In this document: positions 14,880 through 28,305 of the stretch, piece by piece
Layout: the number at the start of each line of letters is the position of its first letter
How positions within the stretch are numbered: the first letter of the stretch is position 1
Source of the DNA: Eledone cirrhosa
Taxonomy: Eukaryota
Length of the DNA: 64,000 bases
Direction of reading: 5' to 3'
Assembly (NCBI GenBank): GCA_964016885.1
Contig: OZ024755.1
Span: forward strand, 34,720,001 to 34,784,000
The notes under the pieces: model-generated
The model's input: the letters and a program-made list of their open reading frames with translations, nothing else
Database searches by the model: none
Told to the model about the DNA's origin: nothing
Made by a program: the position numbers and the translations under genes

Positions 14880-16080
14880 ATAATAATGAAATTATTGTGT
14901 ACAGTGCTCAGGTGCACTACAACTCGTCAAAGGTGCATGTATAGTACATAGAATAATATACAAATGTCAGGGAAGTGGATAGTGTATGAGTCATGATATA
15001 CATGTGCGTATGTGTATGGAGGGGGAACATAAGTGTTGGCGAATCTCGGGAAGCATGGAAGTTTTAAAGGATGCGGTGTCTCGACAGCTAACAACTGATG
15101 CAGGTAGTTTGTTCCAAGCTTCAGCAACTCTGAGTGTGAAAAAATGTTTCCGAAAGTCATGGGAACTGTACCGTTTTCTGACTTTGTGGGCATGTCCATG
15201 GGTGTTAGACACATGGAAATCAAAAAGGTACTCAGGGTCGTCGTTGGCAAGATGGTTAACAATTTTGTGGGTGTTTACCAAGTCAGTTGCCAGGCGTCGG
15301 AGATTCAATGTATCCATGCCCAGGGAAGCATGGCGTTCAGAGTATGGTAGATGCCTGATGGAGGTTATTCGCTTGGTTGCACATCTCTGAACAGTTTCCA
15401 GGCGGTCAATGTTCTGAGCAAGATCGGGGTTCCAGACTGGTGATGCAAATTCTAAGTGTGGCCGCACCATAGCCATCTACAGCCTTAAATAGATAGCTAG
15501 AGAGCGGCTGACAAAGGTCTTGCTGAGTGATGCTAAGACACCCTCAGCCCTCTTGACAATTTTAGAGACGTGCTTCGTCCAACGCAAATCGCTGCTGACC
15601 GTAATGCCCAGGTCACGTTCACAAGAAAACTTCTTGATATTAGTGCTGTGGAGGGAGTATGTGGACGCTGGGTTTTTACTCCCAAAATGCATGGTGGTGC
15701 ACTTGTCCACAGCTAGCTTGAGTTGCCAGTCTGAGATCCATTGTTGCATTGTGTCCAGATCAGACTGCAAGCAAGATCTATAGTGTTCAGGATCTGTCCT
15801 TTTTATCTCAAGGTACAGCTTGATGTCATCTGCGTACTTTAGTATTGTGGCATTCTTTAAGTTGGCATCTATGTCATTAATATATGCCACAAACAAAAGG
15901 GGGCCAAGAACAGATCTCTGTGGTATACCAGATGACATCTCATATGGTGAGGGATGCTGTCCTAGAACCGTGACTACCTCTCTTCGACTGAGAATGAAGG
16001 ACTTCAACCAGTTAAAAAGATCATCCTTCACACCCATTGCAGAGAGTTTTGCCATAAGCCTTTTGTGTGGCACAGAATTG
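14880..16080 (-). mobile_element. CR1/L2-group LINE, 3' end with RT remnant
   Basis: SGIPQRSVLGPLLFVAYIND, KYADDIK, ERDLGITV, VRPHLEFASPVWNP, RKHFFTLRV..WNKLP; simple-repeat tail. Confidence 0.92.
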
Positions 16081-16399
16081 AAAGCTTATATATATGTATA
16101 TATATATATATGTATAAATATGTATTGTGAAGGCGTGTGGTTGAGTGGTTAGAGAATTGGATTCGCAATCGTAAGGTTGTGAGTTCGATTCCTGGACAGG
16201 GTGATGCATTATGTCCTTGAGCAAGACACTTTATTTCACGTTGCTCCTTCTACCTGGTGTTGCGACCCATAGATAGTATTAGCAAGTGGAAAGACCAACG
16301 GAAACATTGTTTCGTCGGTCCGATTTGACGAAAGTCGATCGTTCCTTAAAATATATGTATATATATGTATGTATACATATATGTATGTATACATATATG

Positions 16400-16438
<39 letters not shown>

Positions 16439-16439
16439 T

Positions 16440-16930
16440 CATCATTTCATTTTTACGTCCTCTTTTCCCTGCTTGCAAGAGTGGGACGGTGCCCTTCCTA
16501 ACACCAACCTCATTTACAGTGAGTGGTGCGTGCTTTTTTTCTGTGGCGCCTACACGTCCACTTTACAGTGTGGGCTGGGTGCCTTTTTGCCGTGGTACCT
16601 CCACGACCACTTTGCAGTGGCAAGGGGTGGGCGCATATTGTCTATATGCTTCAGCTTGTACCCGTGGGGGGGGGGGGGTCTTCTGTATAACTGTGTGACG
16701 CCAGAGGTCACGTTTGTGTGTCATCGCCTTTGAGATGTGTAATTGGTTAAGGTCGGCTTTTATCACCTCATCCCAGGTCTTCTTGGGTCTCCCCACTCTG
16801 CGGCTTCCATCGACTTCTAGTGCTCTACACCTTTTTATGCAGCTGTCATCCTTCATACACATCACATGTCCATACCAACGCAACCTCCTCTCCTGCACAC
16901 AGCATTTGATTCCTCTTATACTCAGTCTCA
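16440..16930 (-). mobile_element. RTE-clade LINE 3' fragment with 3' UTR
   Basis: ERRLRWYGHVM..GRPKKTWDEVI; (GAT)n tail. Confidence 0.88.
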
Positions 16931-16974
16931 CTCTCTCTCTATATATATATATATGTGTATGGATATATATATAA

Positions 16975-17348
16975 CGGCGATGAATTAGTTTTGCGAGGTT
17001 TTTGATATGAAATCGTGTGTCGAAACAAATAGTGTTATACTTGGGGAGGGTCATATTTGTGTAATAATATTGGCGTAAGCATACAATGCAATGGGAGGAA
17101 ACATAATAGAACCACTGACGATGTTGCAGATGTGCAACGAAAGAACTTTGATAGACTATATATATGTGTTTGTGTCTATATTGTATCTGTATTTTTGACC
17201 GTTGGTCAGTCAGTCGTAACATTAAGGACCGAATAAATTAAATTAACCGATATAAAAGACACAGAAGCGAAAACTAACCAAACAGTGAGTGTGTTCTGTT
17301 ATTAATTCTGGCAATATTATTACATAAATATGACCCTCCCCCAGATAT
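16975..17348. mobile_element. PLE end with inverted termini (17036-17072 / 17312-17348) and HHR 17106-17159 (+)
   Basis: acca-CTGACGA-tgttgcagatgtgcaac-GAAA-gaac-TT-tgat; same family as 1546-1860. Confidence 0.78.
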
Positions 17349-17387
17349 ATATATATATATGTATATTCATATTATATATATATACAC

Positions 17388-17917
17388 TTAAAATTTGCAT
17401 CACCAGTCTGGAACCCCTATCTTGCTCAGGACATTGACCGCCTGGAAACTGTTCAGAGACGTGCAACCAAGCGAATACCCTCCATCAGACACCTACCATA
17501 CTCTGAGCGCCTTGCTTCCCTGGGCATGGATTCATTGAAGCTCCGACGCCTGGCAACTGACTTAGTAAACACCCACAAAATTGTTAACCATGTTGCCAAC
17601 AACAACCCTGAGTGCCTTTTTGATTTCCATGTGTCTAACACACGTGGACATGCCCACAAAGTAAGAAAACAGCACAGTTCCGATGACTTTCGGAAACATT
17701 TTTTCACGCTCAGAGTTGCTGATGCATTGGAACAAACTGCCTGCATCAGTTGTTAGCTGTCGAGACACTGCATCCTTTAAGGCCTCCATGCTTCCCGAGA
17801 TCCGCCAACAGAACAGCTAACACATACACACATGTACTTCCCTGACTTTGTGTATTACTCTATGTACTATATTGACGAGTTGTAGTGCACCTGAGCACTT
17901 TACACAATAATTTCATT

Positions 17918-17932
<15 letters not shown>
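17388..17932 (+). mobile_element. CR1/L2-group LINE 3' fragment
   Basis: Closely similar to 14880-15460 in opposite orientation; (ATT)n tail. Confidence 0.9.
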
Positions 17933-17949
<17 letters not shown>

Positions 17950-18022
17950 TGTAGATCCCAAGTAAAATCGGGGGCAACCACGGTTGAAAATGTATTTAAT
18001 AATTTATTTATATATATATATA

Positions 18023-19154
18023 TCATCATCAACGTTTAACGTCCGTGTTCCACGCTTGCATGGGTTTGGACGGGGGTAGTCCCACTTGAGGCAAGAGTGA
18101 TTGTCTTGCTCGCATAGGACTGTCTGGCAGGTTTTCTACAGTTGGATGCCCTTCCTAACACCAACCACATTTACAGTGTGGGTCTGGGAGGTTTTTACCG
18201 TGTTGCCTACACGGCCACATTACAGCGTGGACTGTGTGTTTTTTTGTCATGACACCTACACGATCTCATTTGTTTCGGCCTGGATGGCGCGGCACCAACA
18301 TAACTTTACATAGAACGGGGTGGTGTGGATGGGGTGGGGGTGGTGGTGGTGGGACGGGGTGTATTTTGTTAGAGATGCCTACTGGCTGGAGTAGGTTTTA
18401 CTATATATTTAGGTAAGGCGGGTCTTCTCTATTACTGAGTACCGCCAAAGGTCTCGGTCCAGTGACATTGTCTTGGAGAGGTGTAAGTGTGTGAGGTCGG
18501 AATTTATCAGCTCGTCCCAGGTTTTTCTAGGTCTGCCTATTCCGTGGCTACCGTCTATCTTTATTGCCCTGCACTTTGTTATACAGCTATCGACTTTCAT
18601 GCGCATCACGTGTCCATACCAACGTAGCCTTCTCTCGAGTAAACAACATCTGATCCCTCTTATCTCTAATTTTTTCCTTAGTTCGTTTATGCTTTGCCGT
18701 TCACGTATATTACTGTTACACATCCAGCGGAGCATGCAAGCTTCGTTCCTCTCTAATCTGCGTATATCCTCTGCACACAATGCCCAGGTCTCACTGCCAT
18801 GCAACATTGCTGTTCGTATGCAGGCATCGTACAACCTGCCTTTCATTTTTAGGGAGAACCCTTTAGCAGCTAATAGTGGTATAAGCTCTCTGAACTTTTT
18901 CCAACCAGTTCTGACTCTAGCTACTGTACTTTCAGAGCACCCTCCCCCACTGCTGATTTTATCGCCCAGGTAACGGAAGCTGTCCACTATTTCTATAGAA
19001 CCCTCTGCGCAATTGAAAGAGCTAGTATTTTGAGGGGCACTTGCTGCTACTTATTGCACCAGAACACCGGCCACATGTAAAATCTATGTTCTTAGTTAGC
19101 TTACCTGTGATCCCACTACATCTTTTATGCACCCATACTTTGCATTTAGGACAT

Positions 19155-19155
<1 letters not shown>
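18023..19155 (-). mobile_element. RTE-clade LINE 3' part with Cys/His cluster and long 3' UTR
   Basis: [56 protein letters not shown]. Confidence 0.92.
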
Positions 19156-19220
<65 letters not shown>

Positions 19221-19269
19221 CATACATACATATGTGTGTATGCACAAATATATATATTCCTCACACATC

Positions 19270-19590
19270 ATCATCATCATCATTTTCCTGCTTGCAAGGG
19301 TGGGATGGGAACTGATTCTGGCTTGATTTCTACAGCTGGATGCCCTTCCTAACACCAACCACATTTACAGTGAGTGCTGGGTGCTTTTTTGCCGTGGCAC
19401 CTCCACGACCACTTTGCAGTGGAATGATAGGGACCCCAGTCCCTATCATCTCATTTCTACAGCTGAGTAAACTGGAGCAATGTGAAATAAAGTGTCTTGC
19501 TCAAGGAAACAACACATCACCCGGTCTGAGAATTGAACTCACAACCTTTCGATTGCAAGTACAATGCTCTAACCACTAAGCCATGTGCCA
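19270..19590 (-). mobile_element. tRNA-derived SINE family B with RTE-type 3' tail
   Basis: tggcttagtggttagagc A box, gagttcaattc B box, CORE-like ccttgagcaagacactt; copies at 44520-44856, 56590-56855, 62110-62430 and 63020-63390. Confidence 0.85.
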
Positions 19591-19677
19591 TATATATACA
19601 AATTGCACATATATATGCAAACATGGAAAATATACTTAAATCACGGATGTTGATGATAATGATGCAGATATACATAT

Positions 19678-19724
<47 letters not shown>

Positions 19725-19837
19725 TGTATGTTAATAGCTATACTCTCTTTATCGGTGTGAGTTATATACACAGTTATGATCCTATGTATGTATATATGTA
19801 TTCTCGCATTTGCATAGTATATTTGTGAGTGTGTATT

Positions 19838-19899
<62 letters not shown>

Positions 19900-19971
19900 T
19901 TACATACATACATACAGATACATATATATATACATACATATATATATATATACTTACATACATACATACAG

Positions 19972-20006
<35 letters not shown>

Positions 20007-20343
20007 CACACATACAGATACATATACATACATACATACATATATATATATATACATACACACACATATATATATATATAAATACACACATATATATATA
20101 TATATACATACAGTACATATATATATAAATACATATATATATACATATATATACTTACACATATATATATATATATATACACATACATATGTATACATAC
20201 ATATATATACATAATACATATATATACATACATATACATACATATATATACATAGATACATATACATACCTATACATACATATATATACATAGATACATA
20301 TACATACCTATACATACATATATATATATATATACACACATAC

Positions 20344-20377
<34 letters not shown>

Positions 20378-22199
20378 ACATATACATACATACATACATA
20401 CATATATACATACATATATATATATATATACATATATATATACATACATATATATATACATATATGTATATATACACATACATATATATATATATATACA
20501 TACATACATACATATGTACATATATACATACATATGTACATATACATACATATGTACATATACATACATATATACATACATATATACATACATATGTACA
20601 TACATATGTACATACATATGTACATATATATATATATATACATATACACACATACATATATGGGTTTGATTTGTTTGTCTCTAGATTCTTCTATGACTAA
20701 TTAGTAATGACAAATATTGTTTCATCATTAATTTTTTACATTACTGTTTGTTTTCCTCTGAGAAACTTGAAAGTGCCACCGAGTTTTTCTCGAGTCTGTA
20801 ATGATGTAGAAAGTAATGAGACCTTCAGCTCTGGTGCCACTCTGCTTTTTTCTCTTTTTCTCTAAGATATTTCTCTGTAATCTGCCTATCATGTAATTTA
20901 CTGCCGAACTACTCACATTGATCGCTTGTTGCGAATTTCTTCTGAAGAAGGAAATGAAAAATCTAACGGATAATGAAGAAATAACAGCAACAACAACAAC
21001 AACAACAAAAGCAATGATGACAACTACAACAACAACAAAAATGATGACAACAATGATGACAACTACAACAACAGAAAAATATTGTAGCAATGAAATACAC
21101 ACAAAAAAAAAAACATGATGAAAAGCAAGTTGAAACTCGAATTCAAAGATATTTCAAAGTGAAAACTGTTTCTAAGTGGTATTTCCTTAAATTAGATATT
21201 ATTTTGGTATCTTGATGTTAATACTAACTCATTTCAACAATTTTGCTTCAAGAAATAAAATGAATAATAATACGGTAGTTTATTTTGTCTGTAATTTAAA
21301 AAATAAAATTCATTCTATGATGTCTTGTAGGGGAAGGGGAATTATACAAACCTTATATTTTTTTAAAATCTTTAAATATAGTTTGACAAATTTTAATAAA
21401 ACAAAAAGAAACATTTTTTTTTTTTTTTGTCAAAGACATAAAACTTTTTCTCCTGCTTACAAAAATGTTTTCTGTATTTATTCTTATAGAAAAGTAATTA
21501 TATTTCTTTTTTGTATCTATTTTCTTGATAATATTTCAAATTATTTTGAGTAGAATGCGACAGAGCACAAGGGAATAAGCTATTTCAAGGTATTGCAATA
21601 GAGTTTCAATCCTTCATTGAAGCTGATTTTATTTATACAACTAATGTCCTTCAAAATATTTATAATGCTGAAGCATCTTTTGACTTTTAACTTAAGAAAC
21701 TGTATAAGTCAAGAGAAACCAATATTGTCATATAATTGTATATACTTTTGGCACAAGGACAGCAATTACCCTAGTGCATTACTGGTACTTTCTTTTATCA
21801 ACCCCACAAGGATGAAAAGCAAAGTTAACCTCAGCGATTTTGAACTCGGGGCGTAAAGGGCCATGACTCTATGTTGCAGCGCATGGTGTCTGATGCTCTA
21901 CCGATACAGCAATAATATTGTATGGCATAGAATACATGAAGGATCCTATAGAATTGATCATTAAATCAGTGTTGGCCCATTATATAAACAATCAAATATA
22001 TGAGATGAAAGATTATGACATTCAATAATACAGGTTGTCCCCAAAAAATGTACACACACTTTGATTACCTGTACAGGCAATACAGTTGTCCCCTGGTATT
22101 CTTGGGGTTACATTCCTATGGGAAAGGCAAAGCTAACCTCAGCAGGATATAATGTTATTTAGACCTAAATCAATTCTGTTTGGAAGGACTTATGAAAAA

Positions 22200-22670
22200 A
22201 TTCAATACAGTCATGGTAAAAGTAATTCTATCATCATCATCGCTATAATGCCTGCTTTCCAAGCTTGCATGAGTTGGACAAGTCATTTTCATCACAGCAT
22301 CTCTCCACATATTGCAATCCTTCATCATCTCCTCTGTGAGTTTCAGTGATTTGAAGTCAGCTCTCACAAACTCTGCCCAGATCTTTCTTAGTCTACCTCT
22401 ACCATGATTACTTTCTACAGGCATTTCCTGCCACTTCATCATCCAACGATATTGTCCATGTGCATCACATGTCCAAACTGATGCAGTCTCCTCTCCTGCA
22501 CACTACCACAAATCTCTCTTAAACCCATCTTCTTCTTCAATTCATCCAAGCTCTGCCTCTCACAATTACGTTGCACATCCAACCAAGAATGGTTATGTTT
22601 CACTACCATGCAGCATTGCACTTTGCACACAGGCGTCATACAGTCGTCCTTTTGTATGTAAGGAGAAACC
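22200..22670 (-). mobile_element. Old RTE LINE fragment
   Basis: ERRLHQFGHVMHM, GRGRLRKIWAE. Confidence 0.8.
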
Positions 22671-22706
22671 AGTATAATAAAAATAATATCCATACTTTTT
22701 TATATA

Positions 22707-22895
22707 TAATTGTTTCTACTTTAGGCACAAGGCCAGCAATTACCCAGTGCATTACTGGTACTTTATTTTATCGACCCCGTAAGGATGAAAGGCAAAGTCA
22801 ACCTCGGCGGGATTTGAACTCAGATCGTAAAGAGACGTAACTATGCTGGAAAGCATGGCGTCCGACCCTCTACCGATACCGCCAATCCACCGCCC
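22707..22895 (-). mobile_element. SINE family A
   Basis: Near-identical to 2677-2866. Confidence 0.88.
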
Positions 22896-23724
22896 TTTTT
22901 TATATATAATGCGTTTTCTTTTTATTTAAGACTGTAGTTGAAAAAAATGACTCCTATTTCTAGCAAGGTGAACAACCATACAACGGCTACCTTTCATGCA
23001 GGTGATGGAAATGGTTGAAGTAGTACAACATGATTATTATAAATTTGACTTTGGTATCTCAAGGTTCTGAGTTCAATTTCTGCCAAAGTTGACTTTGCTG
23101 TTTAACCAGTCAAGGTTTATCAAAATGGTGATGATGATGATGGTTATGGTGGTGGTGGTGGTGATTGGGGGGGGGGGGGGGGGTAATGATGGTGATGATG
23201 ATGATGATGATGATGATGATTATGATAATAGTAATTATTTCTACTTTTGGCACAAGGCCAGCTATTACCCAATGTATTACTGGTACTTTATATGGGGTCG
23301 ATAAAATGAAGTACCAGTAATACACTGGGTAATTTGCTGGCCTTGTGCCAAAAGTAGAAACAATTGCTATAATCATCATCATCATCACCATCATTACCAA
23401 CACTACCCCCATCACCACCACTATCATAACCATCACCATCACCACCACCACCATAACCATCACCATCACCACCATCACCACCATAACCATCACCATCACC
23501 ACCACTATCATAACCATCACCATCACCATCACCATAACCATCACCACCACTACCACCATAACCATCACCATCACCACCACTATCATAACCATCACCATCA
23601 CCACCACTACCATCATAACCATCACCATCACTATCATAACCATCACCATCACCACCACTATCATAACCATCATCACCACCACCATAACCATCACCACCAC
23701 CATCATAACCATCACCATCACCAC

Positions 23725-23755
<31 letters not shown>

Positions 23756-24212
23756 GTGGAAGTATACACGTCGCAGGAAATTTTGTTCCCATAAGTTTGT
23801 GATCTTTGAACAATTTTTATTGCAAACTTATTGTAAAAATTTGTATTGTTTTGTGTTTAAACACACCCCGCTTCTCCTGAGGTGGTCGAAATTAATCGGT
23901 ATTTAGTCCTTCGGGGCTAAATTACAAGTTGAACTTTGCATTTAGCAAATATCCCCACAAAAAAAAAAAGAAAAATGGCGTCATTCAAAAAATCTGTTTC
24001 TCTACCATGTCTCCACCAAAAAAATTACTCCTTCAGCAAGGTATCCTTCTCTACCTTCTCTTTCTTCACCAAACTGTCAGCGTGGAGTCTCGTTTTCCTT
24101 TCCGTCTTCTTCATCGTAAACACAGTGAAAGTCAGGCAAAGGCCATTTCATTCTCTTCTTCATCAAGCGACGGTCGAGAAGCGGCTGCTGCTGATGCATT
24201 TGACAACAAAGG

Positions 24213-24309
24213 AGGCAGCAGCAGCAGTATTAACAACAACAACAACACCAGCAGCAGCAGCAACAACAGCACCAACAACAACAACAAGACCAGTAGCAAC
24301 AACACCAGC

Positions 24310-24340
<31 letters not shown>

Positions 24341-24495
24341 GCAGCAGCAGCAGCAGCAGCAAGACCAGTAGTAGCAGTAGCAGCACCAACAACACTGTTT
24401 GTAGCAGTAGCAACAACAACAACAACAAGACCAGCACCAGCAGCAACAGCAACAACAGCAACAACAACAACAAGACCAGTAGCAACAACACCAGC

Positions 24496-24526
<31 letters not shown>

Positions 24527-24822
24527 GCAGCAGCAGCAGCAGCAGCAAGACCAGTAGTAGCAGTAGCAGCACCAACAACACTGTTTGTAGCAGTAGCAAC
24601 AACAACAACAACAAGACCAGCACCAGCAGCAACAGCAACAACAGCAACAACAACAACAAGACCAGTAGTAGCAACAGCAGCAGCAGCACCAACAACCCCG
24701 TTTGTAGCAGTAGCAACAACAACAACAACAGCACCAACAGCAACACCAACAACACCGTTTGTAGCAGTAGCAACAACAACAACAACAGCACCAACAACAA
24801 CAACAACAAGTAGCAGCAGTAG
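24213..24822. repeat. (CAA/CAG)n array with internal ~186-bp duplication
   Basis: Sequence composition. Confidence 0.9.
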
Positions 24823-24839
24823 CGGCGGCAACAATGATG

Positions 24840-26860
24840 CCACTGAAAAAGGGACCATCTCTTTCGCAAAGGTGGCTTGCAACGTAGAAACAGACCTGAT
24901 CACAGAGGAGGAGATGGCGGTCGCAAGACACATGGTAACCAGAACCGAATATTCAGTATCCTTGAAAACCCCTAACCGACTTCCTGGAGGAACAAGAGCG
25001 ACGCACAGTGTCGTACCGCATGATTGCCATGAAATCGCATCGTGTGGAGAGCTGAACACATCGTTCCAGGTGCGCAAAGCTTACAGAGAACGGACTAGCG
25101 AATTAGTTAAGCGTGCGTTGACGGGTGCAATCGTCAACAACAGGTGGTGGTTTACCCTGAAAAGGGCTATTAGAGTAGAATCGATAAGGTTTAGCAAAGG
25201 AGTAGTGATAGAGGAAAATAGAGTAGAGAGAGAGCTAGTTAGAAAGCTAGAAGAGGCGTTTAAGACAGGCATCGCAACCGACGTGCTTACGACGATATTG
25301 GCACTCGACCAATTCTTCAACGCAAAGCATGAAGGATGCGTTGTCAGAGCTAGAGCGCGTGCTCTGAGACACGGGGGCACAAAAGTCGTTCAATGGGCCC
25401 AGGTGGTGGAGGTGCGATGTGGCAACAAATCCACAATTCGGTCTTTGCCTGATTAAAACGGGCGCATGTTGCTCGAAGCCCAGCAGATGGGTGCGGCTTT
25501 TCAGCAGCACTTTGCTCAATTGTTCGGGAGCGGCGGCGGGCCGGATCGGAGTATGGACTTCGGTGCATACCACTGACCGCAGTGCAGTGCTGCGAAAAGC
25601 TGATAACAGCAGGTGAAATATGGGAAGCAATGTCTGGCTGCACGAGGGGTAAATCGCCAGGTTTGGATGGTCTGCCCTACGAGCTTTATGCATATATGCC
25701 AGACTTGTTCGGCGACCTCTTGGCAGATGTCTACTGCAACTGGCAGCAGAACGGGAGCATTCCCAGTTTTGTGAGCTGGGGAGCGGTGGCGCTGCTGAGA
25801 AAAGACCCGAACAAAGGGGACGTTATAGACAACTTCAGGCCCATAACTCTGCTAAATGCAGGGTTCAAGATTTTGGCCAAGGTGTTAGCAAAGAGATTGG
25901 CGTTTGTCGTCGGTGATCTGATGGGAGAGACGCAGACATACATCATTCTGGACAGATCCATCCACGACAACCTCCATCTCATGCGATACATTATAGAGAG
26001 GGTGGTTAAGGAACCTTGCATGGATGGGGCCCTGATCTACTTGGATCAATCTAAAGCATTTCATAGGGTCGACCATCGGTACCTGGCTGCGGTCCTCAAG
26101 GTGGCTGGCTTCGGGCCCATTTTTAGGGGCTGGATCGCTGCGATGCACAGCGACATCTGCTCGATTGTGAGGGTGAATGGTCACCTGTCGCAGCCGATCA
26201 GCATGCGTTCGGTCCGCCAAGGTTGTCCCCACGCGAACTGCGATGCGGGAGATCTGTGTCAGCTTGTAGTGGTGATGAGCACCAAACATGTCCAGATGCT
26301 CGGCACCGCTCTCAAGGAATACGAAGCGGTGACAGGAGGAAAGATAAACCAACGTTCTCGAGGAGACCCTGGGTGTCGAAGATGATCAGCTGTTTGCTCT
26401 CTTCAAGAGAACTTTCAGCTCGGGGCCTATGGACAACTTCCAGAAATCCCTGGCCTGGCAGTGCTACCAGGGAGCGTTGCCGGTTCAGGATAAGCTGTAG
26501 AGGCACTGAGGCGCTGTCAGCCAAGCCTGTCCGAGATGTGCACAGGGCAACGAATCCGTCCTGCATGCACTCGTTCAGTGCCCGAGGATTGCTGACTTGT
26601 GGAGCTACGTCGAACAGTTGCTGTTGCATGTAGGACGGATCCGGTTATCGACTGAGTCCATTGTCCAGATAGCTCCGCCATCCTCCTTTAAAGAGGAGGA
26701 AGAGCAGGTAGTTTTCATCTGCCTGGTGGCCATGGCGAAAGAGATTGTGTGGTGGACAAGGTTGAAAGGATTGAAGACGGACACTTTACTCTCTGGCCAA
26801 TCCCTGATTAACTTTTTCAAGTTTCACTTGAAGAGGAAAATCAGGGTGGGGAGGCAAGTG
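24840..26860 (+). mobile_element. Decayed L1/Tx1-clade LINE (RT and C-terminal fragments)
   Basis: GKSPGLDGLPYELY, NFRPITLLNAGFKILAKVLAKRL, DQSKAFHRVDH, SVRQGCP; stops and internal deletions; GC-rich island. Confidence 0.9.
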
Positions 26861-27349
26861 CTGTTTGCATTTCATCCTTACGGGGCCGATAAAATAAAGT
26901 ACCAGTAATGTACTGAGGTTGGCTTAAATCAGAAACCATTATACAGAAATGAAGAGAAGTCTTCTAAAAATATTGTTTATGTTGTTCTAAATCTCCAACT
27001 TCAAAAAGTAAAAGTGCAACAACCCCCTTTCGTCACAAATGACCATGGGATTTGCATCTAGAAAGTTCCCCTCCAAGGCCTTAGGCAAGGTTGTTTCTGG
27101 AATATCAGCAGTCACCCATGTGTACTAGTCTCCCCTCTCCACGCCACCGATGTTGTCCAAGGGAAAGAAAGGCCAATAAAGCTTGGCACCAGTGATGCTG
27201 GAACTCATTTCTACAGCTGAATGAACTGGAGCAATATGATATAAAGTGTCATTGTCAAGGGCACAACACATCACCCAGTGTGGAAATCAAACTCACAACC
27301 TCACAGTTGTAAGCCAAATGCTCTAACCACTAACTGATGTACCTTCACA

Positions 27350-27740
27350 AAGAGCTGAAACAACACTAAAAACTGTAAAAGTGTTGTTTCCTTGTTCACT
27401 GACAAGATTGATCCCTTCCACAATGATATTATAAAGAGGGAGTTTACTGATTGCTAGAATTGACTTCAATTAAAGATGATATAACTGCTGAGGAAGTGGA
27501 AAAGTTCAGAATTTACCCCAATCAGCTTAAATTAAACATAGAAAAGAGATTTCATGACATTTTAAATTTGAATGTATTGGACTGGACAGTGACACCTCTT
27601 AGTGGAAATTGCCCTCAACCTGATATCACATGCTAGAAAGAACTTTTAGAACATAAATATGATCACCAAAGCAAAGCTAACTTTAGTAGTGGTGGCTCCC
27701 AAAGTATGTGGCAAATGAAACGAATGCGTGTTTTATATTT
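27350..27740 (+). mobile_element. hAT-like transposase remnant
   Basis: LKLNIEKRFHDILNLNVLDWTVTP..EELLE resembles the C-terminal region of Charlie/Buster-type transposases. Confidence 0.5.
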
Positions 27741-27895
27741 AGCTATCATCATCATCATCGTTTAACGTCCATTTTCCACATTAGCATGGGTTAGACGGGT
27801 TACCCCACTAGAGGCAAGTTGGGTCAGGTGACTGTGTCTTGCTCATATAGAACTGTTTCGGGATACATTTCTACAGCTGGATGCCTTTCCTAACA

Positions 27896-28305
27896 CCAAC
27901 CACATTTACAGTGTGGGCTGGGTGGTTTTTGTTGTGACACCTACCCGACCACCTTACAGTGTGGGCTGCGTGTTTTTTGTTGTGACTCCTACATGACCAC
28001 TTTACAGTGAGTACTGGGTGCTTTTAGTCATGACATCTACACTACGACTTTACAGTGTGGGCTGGGCACTTTTTGTTGTGACACGTACACGACCACCTTA
28101 CAGTATGGGCTGGGTGCTTTTTGTCATGATCCATACACGACCACCTTACAATGTGGGCTGGGTGCTTATAGTTGTGACTCCCACACGAACACTTTACAGT
28201 GTGGACTGGGTGTTTTTTGTTGTGACACCTACACAACCACTTTACAGTGTGGGCTGGGTGCTTTTAGTCATGATACCTACCCGACCACTTTACAGTGTAG
28301 GCTGG
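27896..28305. repeat. 40-bp minisatellite expansion within an RTE/SINE 3' UTR
   Basis: ~10 units of ccactttacagtgtgggctgggtg..ttttgttgtgacacctacacga. Confidence 0.85.

Noticed and set aside
23929-25456. 506-aa and 294-aa ORFs
   Set aside because: Chance read-through of a (CAA/CAG)n tract into a decayed Tx1 LINE; no coherent protein
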